Part shown: piece after piece, positions 1-9,493 of the stretch
Layout of the letters: each line of letters starts with the position of its first letter
How positions within the stretch are numbered: position 1 is the stretch's first letter
NCBI GenBank assembly: GCA_017397445.1
Contig: JAFQIQ010000187.1
Span: forward strand, 1-38,471
Length of the DNA stretch: 38,471 bases
DNA from: Lachnospira sp.
GTDB lineage: Bacteria > Bacillota > Clostridia > Lachnospirales > Lachnospiraceae
Direction of reading: 5' to 3'
The notes under the pieces: generated by a model
The model's input: the letters and a program-made list of their open reading frames with translations, nothing else
What the model was told of the DNA's origin: nothing
Databases searched by the model: none
Made by a program: the position numbers and the translations under genes

Positions 1-53
1 AGAGCAGAGGACTGAAAATCCTCGTGTCGCTGGTTCGATTCCGGCTCTAGGCA
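1..53 (+). tRNA. tRNA-Phe(GAA), 5' end cut by window edge
   Basis: Anticodon arm GAGGA-CTGAAAA-TCCTC, T-arm GCTGG-TTCGATT-CCGGC, ends in discriminator A; CCA not encoded. Confidence 0.93.
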
Positions 54-62
54 CTTATAGGG

Positions 63-95
63 ACGGTGGATGCATAAGTGTCTGCCGTTTTTTTT
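63..95 (+). terminator. Intrinsic terminator after tRNA-Phe
   Basis: ACGGTGGATGC-ATAA-GTGTCTGCCGT stem (with G:U pairs) followed by a T run. Confidence 0.75.
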
Positions 96-171
96 GTTTG
101 TTTGGAAGAGTACCTGTTAAAATATAGTACTTGTAAATTTAAAAAAATTGTTATACTATTAACGTAGATAT

Positions 172-1974
172 ATGTGCAGTTTGGTGGTGAGCAGTATGAG
201 TGATAAGAATTCGATAAGAGCACGGGCAGTAATTAACGAACAGTATAATATAGAATCATTGGATGATGATTTCAGAACATTTCTGGGTGCGGATGGAACA
301 CACAGACTGACTTATTATGTGCATCCGAACGATATAGAGCGTCTGGATGATGCTGTATATACAGCCACTATGGATAAAGAGACGGTTGTGGCACTTCGAA
401 TGGTTAACGGTGAAAAAGTTTACAGATGGGTGCTGGCTGTTATTAAGAGTTATGCAGGAAGTGAAGATGGCAGTCGTGGTGGCGGATTATTACGTATTGA
501 GTTGCAGGATGTAAGTATATACAATGAAGAGATAGACAGTATTGAGAGTAAGTACGACCGATATATGGAGTACTTTAGTCTTATGGAACAGCTTATGTTC
601 TCATATGATGTTAATAGTGGTAAACTAAGAATTTTTATGATGGGTAGTCATCAGCAGATTAATTTTTATAACGGTACATTGGAGAACTGGAAGCAAAGCA
701 AGCTTGCTAACGGTGAGGTAGACGGTAAGAGTCTTAATATATTCGAGCAGTTATGCGAGGATATTAGGACAGGCGCAGACAGCTTTGAGCATGAGTTGAA
801 TATGTGCGTTATGGAAGCAAATAACAAGATGGAATGGTGTCTTATTAAAGGTAAGACAATTAAGGCTATCAACGGAAAGAGACATGTTATTGCAACTATG
901 TCCTTAGTTAATGCAGTTAGTGATGCCAGCAGTAATTCTATGCTTTCAGGTACTAAAGATGCCGGTACGGATATGCTTAATAAACGTGCTATAACAAGCT
1001 ATGTTCAGCGTATACTTGATGACAAGCCTAATTATCCGGTTACGATTGCGATTATTGATATAGACAATTTTAAGGATGTCAATGATAAGTATGGTCACAT
1101 GGTAGGTGACGAAATTATTCGTAATGTGGCTGATGTTGTTAAGGAAGCCGTTGAAGGTAAGGGTGTTGCAGGACGTATTGGCGGCGATGAGATGATGATT
1201 ATGTTAGAGGATTTTGAAACAGAGGAAACTATCCGTACTGTGTTAAGAACTATCCGTAACAATGTCTCATGGTTATATAATTCAAGGGAAGACAGGCCTC
1301 ATGTAACCTGCTCCATAGGTGCAGCTTCATATCCTGATGATGCAAGTAATTATGATGAATTATTTAACGTAGCAGATAAGATGTTATATCTGGCTAAGGA
1401 AAAGGGCCGAAACAGATACATTATATATCACAATGATATGCACGGTGACTATTTGCATGGTACCGGTAAGGCCAGAACAGATGAATATCTGCTTTATAAG
1501 CATAAGAAGTTAAGAACGATTAACAGCATTGTGAATCTGTATAGTGCAAAGGGCAGCGAGGCACTTCCTGAGTGCGCACAGAAAACCATATTGGCATTTG
1601 GTTTGGATAGTATTCTTCTTTATGAGAAGAATGCTCCAGAGGATTGGTCAAGATATACCATATATGGAGAGAATGTTCCTCAACAGGCGTGTCTGTTTAT
1701 GGAAAGAGATAACTATATAGCAGACTTTACGGATGAGGGTGTTCGACCTATTGACAATATATGTTTCTTTGAGAGAAAAGCAAGAACTGCTTTTGAGGAA
1801 TTTTCAGGTATAGGAGTCTGTCAGGCTGTACAGGTATTGGTTAAAGAATATGAAGGAAAGCAGAGAGTAATATCGTTTAACAGAAACACTCAGTTGAAAA
1901 AGTGGAGTGATTCAGATATTATGCAGTTGGCTATTCTTGGTAACATATTTGGAATGGGATATAAGAATGATTAA
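172..1974 (+). CDS. GGDEF-domain diguanylate cyclase with PAS-like N-terminal and GAF-like C-terminal regions (start may be ATG 196)
   Basis: IIDIDNFKDVNDKYGHMVGD, GRIGGDEM, TCSIG, ADKMLYLAKEKGRN motifs. Confidence 0.88.
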   Translation: MCSLVVSSMSDKNSIRARAVINEQYNIESLDDDFRTFLGADGTHRLTYYVHPNDIERLDDAVYTATMDKETVVALRMVNGEKVYRWVLAVIKSYAGSEDGSRGGGLLRIELQDVSIYNEEIDSIESKYDRYMEYFSLMEQLMFSYDVNSGKLRIFMMGSHQQINFYNGTLENWKQSKLANGEVDGKSLNIFEQLCEDIRTGADSFEHELNMCVMEANNKMEWCLIKGKTIKAINGKRHVIATMSLVNAVSDASSNSMLSGTKDAGTDMLNKRAITSYVQRILDDKPNYPVTIAIIDIDNFKDVNDKYGHMVGDEIIRNVADVVKEAVEGKGVAGRIGGDEMMIMLEDFETEETIRTVLRTIRNNVSWLYNSREDRPHVTCSIGAASYPDDASNYDELFNVADKMLYLAKEKGRNRYIIYHNDMHGDYLHGTGKARTDEYLLYKHKKLRTINSIVNLYSAKGSEALPECAQKTILAFGLDSILLYEKNAPEDWSRYTIYGENVPQQACLFMERDNYIADFTDEGVRPIDNICFFERKARTAFEEFSGIGVCQAVQVLVKEYEGKQRVISFNRNTQLKKWSDSDIMQLAILGNIFGMGYKND

Positions 1975-2668
1975 AGATTATGTGGCATTGGACGTAGAAA
2001 CTACGGGACTTAACCCATCTGAAGACAGAATCATTGAGATTGGTATGGTAAAGGTTATAGATGGTGTTATTGCAGATGAATACACAACATTGATTAATCC
2101 GCAAGCTTTTATAAGCGAGCGGATTACTTCACTTACGGGCATAACTCAGGCTATGGTTAGTGATAAACCGGTTATGTCAGAGGTTATAGGTGATATTATG
2201 ACATTTATTGGTGAACTGCCTATTCTTGGTCACAATGTGGTGTTTGATTATGGATTTATAAAAAAAGCAGCTATCAATAATGGCTACCAATTTGAAAAGA
2301 AAGGCATAGATACGTTGAAACTGGCAAGAAGATTATTGCCGGAAGTGCCTCATAAGACACTGGCTTTTTTGTGCGAGCATTTTGGCATAGATGCAGGAAA
2401 TTCTCATAGAGCTCTTGACGATACATACAGTGCCATAAGACTGTTTGAAAAAATGTATGAAATTAAGCCTGAGGATGCGGGATTTAATGAACTTATGGTG
2501 CTTCAATGCAGTGTGAAAAAAGATTCTCCTATAACGGAAGCCCAGAGAAAATATCTTTTAGCACTAATTAAAAAACATTCTCTTGCATTAGATGTGGATG
2601 TGGAAGGGCTAACCAAGAGTAAAGCATCAAAGATTATAGACGGAATAATATCGGAATATGGCAAATAA
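1967..2668 (+). CDS. DEDDh 3'-5' exonuclease (DnaQ/PolC epsilon-like)
   Basis: ALDVETTGL, GHNVVFD, HRALDD motifs; likely start ATG 1967 overlapping the upstream stop rather than 1907. Confidence 0.9.
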   Translation: MIKDYVALDVETTGLNPSEDRIIEIGMVKVIDGVIADEYTTLINPQAFISERITSLTGITQAMVSDKPVMSEVIGDIMTFIGELPILGHNVVFDYGFIKKAAINNGYQFEKKGIDTLKLARRLLPEVPHKTLAFLCEHFGIDAGNSHRALDDTYSAIRLFEKMYEIKPEDAGFNELMVLQCSVKKDSPITEAQRKYLLALIKKHSLALDVDVEGLTKSKASKIIDGIISEYGK

Positions 2669-2674
2669 TTAATA

Positions 2675-2704
2675 ATTGGGAGCTCGTATGAATGAGCTCC
2701 CAAT
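2675..2704. terminator. Hairpin between convergent genes (probable terminator)
   Basis: ATTGGGAGCTC...GAGCTCCCAAT, 11-bp perfect inverted repeat. Confidence 0.65.
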
Positions 2705-2706
2705 GA

Positions 2707-3303
2707 CTAATCTTCCAGTTTGCGAAGTATAACATCCTTGTTTATGGAATTGAGACCCTTTGCCGTATGTGTGAGCATTTTGATTTTTTCGGGTTCATTG
2801 TTTTCTCTGTAATAATCGGCAAGCAATGTATAATTGGTCGAAACATCAGTTTTACAGGTTATGCCATATTCAAGAAGTTCAATGGCTGCATTTGTGTAAC
2901 CACGTTCAATTAGCAGTTTGCCGAGATTAGAAATGAGGCGTGTAAGTTCAGCGTAGTTGTCGTCGTATTGAGAAAGATCTGTAAGATTACCAACACCATA
3001 TTCCATCTTTATATCTGTGTTGGTATAGCCTGTTAAGTTAAGTATTTTCTTGTCACGAAGAGCCAGTAAAGAGGTTTTTAGTTTTATAATGTCTGAATCA
3101 GAAGTTTCTAATTTTTCAAATTCCATATTGCGTGGAATTGTGATATAATCAAGAGAATCAATATTTTTTTTGCGGACGCTGTTAGCCTGACTTTCACGTT
3201 CCCAGAACTTTTTGATTGATTTTTCATCATTTCGGGAACTTTTTCTCAGTTTTAATTGAATTACAACAATTAATATTATAAAATAAGGCAATAGTAAATG
3301 CAT
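2707..3303 (-). CDS. Hypothetical protein with N-terminal membrane anchor and TPR-like helical C-terminus
   Basis: 198-aa ORF, hydrophobic N-terminus followed by basic stretch; AAIELLEYGI...NYTLLADYY helical pattern; RBS AAAGGA upstream. Confidence 0.75.
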   Translation of the reverse strand: MHLLLPYFIILIVVIQLKLRKSSRNDEKSIKKFWERESQANSVRKKNIDSLDYITIPRNMEFEKLETSDSDIIKLKTSLLALRDKKILNLTGYTNTDIKMEYGVGNLTDLSQYDDNYAELTRLISNLGKLLIERGYTNAAIELLEYGITCKTDVSTNYTLLADYYRENNEPEKIKMLTHTAKGLNSINKDVILRKLED

Positions 3304-3347
3304 AAATATTATCCTTTACGAGTTTTATATTTTGAAGGGAGTTCAAT

Positions 3348-3455
3348 ATGATTAATTTTAACAACAGAAAGACTAAAAAGAAAGTTGCAGCAGTAATTGT
3401 TATATTACTTGTATTAGCAATGGTTCTTCCATTGTTATCTGTCGCTTTTATGTAA
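3348..3455 (+). CDS. 35-aa single-pass membrane peptide (DUF4044/Prli42-like architecture), absent from the ORF track
   Basis: RBS GAAGGGAG then ATG 3348; MINFNNRKTKKKVAAVIVILLVLAMVLPLLSVAFM*. Confidence 0.72.
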   Translation: MINFNNRKTKKKVAAVIVILLVLAMVLPLLSVAFM

Positions 3456-3500
3456 TAATAATAACCTATTTGGTCGGATGTGGCAAGAGAGGAACTGAAA

Positions 3501-4481
3501 GTGAAAGTAGGAAAGATATCAAATACTGTTCTTGACAGATCAATTGTTAAGGTAGTTAGTAAAAAGCACAAGTCCAAGTTGCTGAACAGACCGGGAGCCG
3601 GACATGATTGCGGTGCTTTTATAGCCGAAGAATCCGGTGATGTTGTGGTGGTTTCCAGTACCGCCTGTGGAAATAATTCAGTGTATACGGCGGTGAATAA
3701 TCTTGCTGCAGAAGGAGTTAAGGCAGTTGCTGTATCGTGCAGTGTTACAATGCCTGCGACTAATAGAGAGATAGCGCTTAAGAGAGTAATGAGCCATATT
3801 AATGATGACTGTCTGAAGCTTGATGTGGAGATTGCAGGAGGCCATACACAGGTAAGTGCTGCAGTTACGGAGCCTATTATTTCTGTTACGGCAATGGGAG
3901 TATGCCATAAAGATAGGCGCTTGTCAGCATCAAAGGCAAAGCCTGAGCAGGATATTATTATGACCAAATGGATTGGCATAGGAGGCGTACAGGCGATTAT
4001 TGACAGGAAACGTGAAGAATTGGTAGAGTATTTTAACGAAAGTACTGTTAATAATGCATATGGATGCAGAGAACAGTTATCGATTTTATATGAAGCTGAT
4101 ATTGCCAGAAAGGCCGGAGTTACAGCAATGCATGATGCTTCTAACGGAGGTATATATGCGGCACTTTGGGATTTGGCAGAGGCTGCCCATGTAGGGCTTG
4201 ACGTGGATTTTAGAGAGATTAAGGTAGCACAGGAAATAATAGAGGTATGTGAAAGATATGACCTTAATCCTTATGAATTGGATTCAACAGGATGTTTGTT
4301 GATGACAGCAGAGGATGGATGTGCTATAGTAGATATATTAGAGAATAATGGTATTGTGGCAGCAGTGATAGGAAGAACGACTGCAGGCAATGACCGTATC
4401 ATAAGAAACAGAGAAGAAACAAGATATCTGGAAGCACCTAAGCAGGACGAGATATATAGATTTCAGGAGGCGTTATTATGA
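3501..4481 (+). CDS. AIR synthase-related (PurM/HypE-like) protein
   Basis: MKVGKIS start (GTG 3501 after GAGGA), PGAGHDC, IAGGHT, AMHDASNGG motifs. Confidence 0.8.
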   Translation: MKVGKISNTVLDRSIVKVVSKKHKSKLLNRPGAGHDCGAFIAEESGDVVVVSSTACGNNSVYTAVNNLAAEGVKAVAVSCSVTMPATNREIALKRVMSHINDDCLKLDVEIAGGHTQVSAAVTEPIISVTAMGVCHKDRRLSASKAKPEQDIIMTKWIGIGGVQAIIDRKREELVEYFNESTVNNAYGCREQLSILYEADIARKAGVTAMHDASNGGIYAALWDLAEAAHVGLDVDFREIKVAQEIIEVCERYDLNPYELDSTGCLLMTAEDGCAIVDILENNGIVAAVIGRTTAGNDRIIRNREETRYLEAPKQDEIYRFQEALL

Positions 4482-4960
4482 GAGATAAGATATTAAATAT
4501 GCTTGAGAAGAATTCAAGAATCGACCTTAAAGATATGGCGGTTATGCTCGGAATAAGCGAAGCAGAAGTTGCTAATGAGATAGCAGATATGGAGAAAGAG
4601 CATATCATATGCGGATATAATACAATTATTAATTGGGATAAGACCGGTGAGGAGAAGGTTACGGCGCTTATCGAGGTTAAGGTTACTCCGCAGCGTGGTC
4701 TGGGCTTTGACAGTATTGCAGAAAGAATCTATCAGTATAATGAGATTACATCTGTATATCTTATGTCAGGTGGTTTTGATTTTACTGTTATTATAGAAGG
4801 TAAGAGCATGAAGGAGGTTGCGCAGTTTGTATCTAACAAGCTTGCAACACTTGATTCAGTTCTTAGTACATCGACACATTTTGTGTTGAAGAAGTACAAA
4901 GATTATGGAAAGGTTCTTGATGTTCCGGTAAAGGATGAAAGGATGTTGGTGACACCATGA
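4478..4960 (+). CDS. Lrp/AsnC family transcriptional regulator
   Basis: N-terminal HTH (ILNMLEKNSRIDLKDMA), VYLMSGGFDF RAM domain; ATGA overlaps with both neighbours. Confidence 0.93.
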   Translation: MRDKILNMLEKNSRIDLKDMAVMLGISEAEVANEIADMEKEHIICGYNTIINWDKTGEEKVTALIEVKVTPQRGLGFDSIAERIYQYNEITSVYLMSGGFDFTVIIEGKSMKEVAQFVSNKLATLDSVLSTSTHFVLKKYKDYGKVLDVPVKDERMLVTP

Positions 4961-6126
4961 GAAATGCATTGTCTAAGAAAATTGTTGATATTCAGCCTTC
5001 AGGCATCAGAAAGTTTTTTGATGTTGTAAGTGAGATGCCGGATGCGATATCACTTGGTGTGGGTGAGCCCGATTTTGATACGCCTTGGAGTATTCGTGAA
5101 GAGGGTATCTATTCTTTGGAGAAGGGTAGAACATTTTATACATCCAACGCAGGACTTAAGGAATTAAGAGTAGAGATAACTAATTATCTTTCAAGAAAAT
5201 ATGATCTTCATTATGATGCTATGAAGGAAGTTATGGTTACAGTGGGCGGTAGTGAGGCTATTGATGTTGCGCTTCGCTGTATGGTAGACCCGGGAGATGA
5301 GGTTTTAATACCGCAGCCTTGTTATGTGTCTTATGTACCGTGTGCAGTTATGGCAGATGCAGTTCCTGTGACTATTGACCTGAAAGAAGAGAATCAGTTT
5401 AAACTTACAAAGGAGCAGTTGCTGGCAAGTATAACAGACAAGACTAAGATTCTTGTTCTCGCATTTCCTAACAATCCGACAGGTGCGATTATGACAAAGG
5501 AAGAACTTGCAGAGCTTGTACCTGTTATTATTGAAAAGGATCTGTATGTAATTTCGGATGAGATTTATTCAGAGATGACATATAATGGAAAGCACTGTTC
5601 TATTGCATCATTCCCGGGAATGAAGGAAAGAACAGTTGTTATTAATGGTTTTTCTAAGGCTTTTGCCATGACAGGCTGGAGACTTGGATATGCATGTGCT
5701 CCGGCTAATATTATGGAGCAGATGATTAAACTTCATCAGTTTGCAATTATGTGTGCTCCGACTAACAGCCAGTTTGCAGCGGTGGAAGCACTTAAGAATT
5801 GTGATGCTGAAGTTGCTAAGATGATGGAGGCATACAATCAGAGAAGAAGGTATCTGGTTAATGCATTTAAGGAGATGGGAATAGAATGTTTCGAGCCATT
5901 TGGTGCGTTTTATGTGTTCCCTTCTATTAAAAAGTTTGGTATGTCTTCAGAGGAATTTGCCACAAGACTTTTGCAGGAACAAAAGCTGGCAGTAGTGCCG
6001 GGAACTGCATTTGGTGAGTGTGGTGAGGGCTTTGTACGAATTTCGTACGCATACTCTATTGAGAATCTGAAAGTAGGTTTGGAAAGAATTAAGAATTTTA
6101 TTGATGGACTTTCAGTGGACAAATAG
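4957..6126 (+). CDS. Class I/II PLP-dependent aminotransferase
   Basis: SLGVGEPDF, PNNPTG, SDEIY, NGFSKAFAMTGWRLG (PLP lysine). Confidence 0.95.
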   Translation: MRNALSKKIVDIQPSGIRKFFDVVSEMPDAISLGVGEPDFDTPWSIREEGIYSLEKGRTFYTSNAGLKELRVEITNYLSRKYDLHYDAMKEVMVTVGGSEAIDVALRCMVDPGDEVLIPQPCYVSYVPCAVMADAVPVTIDLKEENQFKLTKEQLLASITDKTKILVLAFPNNPTGAIMTKEELAELVPVIIEKDLYVISDEIYSEMTYNGKHCSIASFPGMKERTVVINGFSKAFAMTGWRLGYACAPANIMEQMIKLHQFAIMCAPTNSQFAAVEALKNCDAEVAKMMEAYNQRRRYLVNAFKEMGIECFEPFGAFYVFPSIKKFGMSSEEFATRLLQEQKLAVVPGTAFGECGEGFVRISYAYSIENLKVGLERIKNFIDGLSVDK

Positions 6127-6186
6127 TGTATACTATACATAAGATTACATTGTGAGAAAGTCGCGTATGTGCGACGGGAGGTGTTT

Positions 6187-6660
6187 ATGGCAATTAATGT
6201 GGAATACATCAATCCGTTTTTAATGGCAGCAACCAGTATTATTAAGGATATCTGTCAGATAGATATGAAAGTTGGCAAGCCATATGTTAAGCAGACAGCA
6301 TTTGCCGGTGATTCGGTTGTTATTATGATAGGTGTAACAGGCGAGATGAGAGGGCAGGTTTTGATTGCCCTTACATACCAGAAGGCACTGGAGATTGCTT
6401 CTAAGATGATGATGGGTATGCCTGTGACAGAGCTTGATGATATGTCAATAAGTGCTATCAGTGAACTTGGCAATATGATTATGGGTAATGCTGCAACAAT
6501 TCTTTCAACTAAGGGTGTGGGAATTGATATTACTCCACCTACTGTATGTCGGGGTAATATTACTATTTCTCAGTCGTATGCAGCGAATATCTGTATTCCG
6601 TTAAGCGGTGATGACATCACAATCGAGCTTGACGTTGCTGTGAAGGGTGACAAGATATAA
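6187..6660 (+). CDS. cheX: Chemotaxis phosphatase CheX
   Basis: INVEYINPF, IGVTGEMRG, SAISELGNMIMGNA, DITPP; RBS GGAGGT before ATG 6187. Confidence 0.9.
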   Translation: MAINVEYINPFLMAATSIIKDICQIDMKVGKPYVKQTAFAGDSVVIMIGVTGEMRGQVLIALTYQKALEIASKMMMGMPVTELDDMSISAISELGNMIMGNAATILSTKGVGIDITPPTVCRGNITISQSYAANICIPLSGDDITIELDVAVKGDKI

Positions 6661-7151
6661 TGATTAATATAGTTTTATATGAGCCTGAGATGCCTGCAAA
6701 TACAGGCAATATAGGCCGTACGTGTGTCGCAACAGGAGCCAGATTGCACTTAATAGAGCCTATGGGGTTCAGAATTAATGATAAAACTGTGAAGCGTGCC
6801 GGTCTTGATTACTGGGATAAGTTGGATGTGACTATATATGACGATTATGCTGATTTTTTAGAGAAGAATCCGGGAGCTAAGATATATATGGCAACCACAA
6901 AGGCACATCATACATATACAGAAGTTAATTATGAGGACGACTGTTATATTATGTTTGGTAAGGAAAGTGCCGGAATTCCGGAGGAAATACTTGTGAATCA
7001 TGAAGATACTTGTATCAGGATTCCTATGGTAGGAGATATTCGTTCCCTTAATCTTTCCAACTCGGCGGCAACTGTGCTTTACGAGGCTTTAAGGCAGAAT
7101 GGCTTTAAGGATATGAACTGTGAGGGAAAACTTCACAGGTTGGAGTGGTGA
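6660..7151 (+). CDS. trmL: tRNA (cytidine/uridine-34 2'-O)-methyltransferase
   Basis: IVLYEPEMPANTGNIGRTC, RAGLDYW, FGKESAG, RSLNLSN SPOUT motifs. Confidence 0.95.
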   Translation: MINIVLYEPEMPANTGNIGRTCVATGARLHLIEPMGFRINDKTVKRAGLDYWDKLDVTIYDDYADFLEKNPGAKIYMATTKAHHTYTEVNYEDDCYIMFGKESAGIPEEILVNHEDTCIRIPMVGDIRSLNLSNSAATVLYEALRQNGFKDMNCEGKLHRLEW

Positions 7152-7167
7152 TATTGTTTTAGTTATG

Positions 7168-7204
7168 AAAGTTGTAGGACTTTGTGGGTCCTACAATTTT
7201 TTTG
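7168..7204 (+). terminator. Intrinsic terminator of the trmL transcript
   Basis: GTTGTAGGAC-TTTGTGG-GTCCTACAAT followed by a T run. Confidence 0.8.
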
Positions 7205-7211
7205 ATTTGAG

Positions 7212-7253
7212 AAAAAATATTGCAGAAAGTATAAGGCTTATACTTTCTGCAAT
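7212..7253 (-). terminator. Probable terminator of the minus-strand two-component operon
   Basis: 17-bp perfect inverted repeat ATTGCAGAAAGTATAAG-G-CTTATACTTTCTGCAAT (7219-7253) with a T run on the minus strand. Confidence 0.7.
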
Positions 7254-7292
7254 GGTATAGGTTAACACATACTTATAACTATTCAAATCAGT

Positions 7293-8714
7293 CTACACAT
7301 TTTTTCCAAGAGTAAGTGAGAATATAAATTCAGTTCCCACTCCTTCCGTACTGATTACATCAATAGTCTCGGAGTGAGCCTGAATGATTTCCTTTGTGAT
7401 GGAAAGTCCCAATCCGGACCCTTTTTTATCTCGTCCACGTGACGAGTCAGTCTTATAGAAACGATCCCAGATTTTGTCCAGACTGTCCTTTGGAATACCG
7501 CAACCGGAATCCTTCACGGAAACATAGAGTTTTTCGCCCTTTTCACGTAGAATAACGCTAACAAAGGAGTTTTCATTGCTAAACTTAATAGCGTTATCAA
7601 TAAGATTATAGATAACTTGCTGAATCTTTCCTTTGTCAGCATACACATAGGCTGATTCTCCTGAAAAGGTAAGTTGGAATTGAATACGTTTTTTCTTACA
7701 CGTACCTTCAAAGGATTCAATCGTATGCTTTATAATCGGATTAATATCAAAGTTAGTCTGTTCCAAACGAACGGTTTTAGGGTCAAGCTCATTAAGCGTA
7801 AGAATGTTACTTGTGAGCTTTGTAAGGCGGTCCGTCTCAAAAAGAATTATATTAATGTACTTATTAATCATCTCAGGCGGTACAGTGCCGTCGGCGATAG
7901 CCTCAAGGTATCCTTTGATGGAGGTCAGAGGTGAGCGGAAGTCGTGAGAAATATTGGATAAGAATTTCTGCTGGAACTGCTCGGATTCGTTAAGCTCTGA
8001 GGCCATATAGTCAAGAGAGGCAGCAAGACGACCGATTTCGTCCTGATGATGTGCCTTGACGCGGTAGGCCAGGTTACCTTTACCGTACTCAGTAATGGCT
8101 TTAGAAATATCCTTGATAGGTCGGTGTACGTATATAAAATGTACTATAATAAAGCTTATATTGAGCCAGAATACTATCATAAGGCTGTAATAATTGGTTT
8201 CAAATGTTGTATATACCCTGTTGTTAAGCACGGATGCCGGCATATGCACAATTGCAAAGCCTTTAAGAGAGAATTCTCCTGCTATAGGTGCAACTGCACT
8301 TAAATGATTTTCACTGAAATAGTTAAAGAACTTACCGTAGATGGAATCCGAAGTGTTCAGGGAATCATAATTGAAATTGTCTATGGTATAGTAGATACCT
8401 TCTTCATTGGCAGTTCCCATGTAATCCGTGTCCATATAAACATTGCCTGAAGTGTCAATAAACATAATACGGGTGTCATTGATTCGGGCAACGGTTCTTA
8501 ATTCACGTATATCGTCGCGCATATTTTCCGGAGTTCCAAACTCAGTTGTATATTCCTTGGCAATTGATGCTGCCTGACGATAAAGTATGTCAGCCTGTTC
8601 ATCGTATACGTTCTGATAATCTATGCGGTAGCACACTACAGTTACAGCAAAAAAACTGACAAGAGCGATAGCAATGTAAAGGATGATATATTTCGTTAAA
8701 AGATTAATCTTCAT
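7293..8714 (-). CDS. Membrane sensor histidine kinase (HAMP-HisKA-HATPase)
   Basis: Two TM segments, DEIGRLA HAMP, SHDFRSPLT H-box, NLIDNAIKF, DSGCGI, GSGLGL. Confidence 0.95.
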   Translation of the reverse strand: MKINLLTKYIILYIAIALVSFFAVTVVCYRIDYQNVYDEQADILYRQAASIAKEYTTEFGTPENMRDDIRELRTVARINDTRIMFIDTSGNVYMDTDYMGTANEEGIYYTIDNFNYDSLNTSDSIYGKFFNYFSENHLSAVAPIAGEFSLKGFAIVHMPASVLNNRVYTTFETNYYSLMIVFWLNISFIIVHFIYVHRPIKDISKAITEYGKGNLAYRVKAHHQDEIGRLAASLDYMASELNESEQFQQKFLSNISHDFRSPLTSIKGYLEAIADGTVPPEMINKYINIILFETDRLTKLTSNILTLNELDPKTVRLEQTNFDINPIIKHTIESFEGTCKKKRIQFQLTFSGESAYVYADKGKIQQVIYNLIDNAIKFSNENSFVSVILREKGEKLYVSVKDSGCGIPKDSLDKIWDRFYKTDSSRGRDKKGSGLGLSITKEIIQAHSETIDVISTEGVGTEFIFSLTLGKNV

Positions 8715-8738
8715 ACAGTCACACTTTCGTAAGGGCTA

Positions 8739-9443
8739 TTAGTTCTTCAGTAAAAATTTGTAGCCGATTCCCCAAACAGTATCAATAGCCCACTTGTTAT
8801 GGTCTTTAATTTTTTCACGGATACGCTTAATGTGAACGTCTACGGTACGGGTGTCTCCGATGTATTCATATCCCCAGATATTATCAAGAAGCTATTCTCT
8901 TGTGAATACCTGATTAGGAGATGCGGCGAGGAAATAGAGAAGTTCCAGTTCCTTAGGCGGCATTTCGATATTGCGACCACAGTATTTTACAGAGTAATTT
9001 GTAAGATTAATAATGAGGTCAGGGTATGTTACACATTGAATGTCTGATGAAGTACTGCCTGATGTGGAAGGTGTACTGTAACGGCGGAGTACCGCCTTGA
9101 CTCTGGCCACAAGTTCTTTAGTTTCAAATGGCTTAATCATATAGTCATCAGCTCCAAGCTCCAGTCCCAATACCTTGTCAAAAGTTTCGCCTTTTGCGGA
9201 AAGCATAATAATCGGTACATTGTTATTCTTTCTGACTTCACGGCATACCTGATAACCGTCCATGCCCGGAAGCATGAGGTCCAGGATAATCAAATGCGGT
9301 TTAAATGTACTGAGCTGTGCCAAAGCACTTTCTCCATCATATACAATCTGAGTTTCGTAGCATTCCTTTGTAAGGTAAAGCGATATAAGCTCAGCAATAT
9401 TTTCATCGTCATCAACGATAAGCACTTTTTGTTTTGCTACCAT
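8739..9443 (-). pseudogene. OmpR/PhoB-family response regulator with an in-frame TAG at codon 184
   Basis: Receiver (VLIVDDD, LDLMLP, KPF); frame reads [32 protein letters not shown]...TVWGIGYKFLLKN*; TAG at 8892-8894. Confidence 0.85.
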
Positions 9444-9493
9444 ATTAATTCCCTCCAATATAATCAGTGTTATGGGCGCTGTCGCGCCCATGT

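Noticed and set aside
1-120. tRNA-Phe as an integration site
   Set aside because: I saw no second copy of its 3' end and no integrase; a normal terminator follows.
3227-3979. 250-aa minus-strand ORF
   Set aside because: Antisense shadow of the AIR-synthase-like gene and the microprotein; no motifs.
8892-8894. Genome-wide TAG recoding or pyrrolysine
   Set aside because: TAG is the normal stop of several genes here (6126, 13383, 15875, 22793) and no pyl genes are in the window.
9472-9491. Hairpin ATGGGCGC-TGTC-GCGCCCAT as a terminator, and the ORF-track start at 9491
   Set aside because: No U tract on the coding (minus) strand; the regulator's RBS (GGAGGG) points to ATG 9443.
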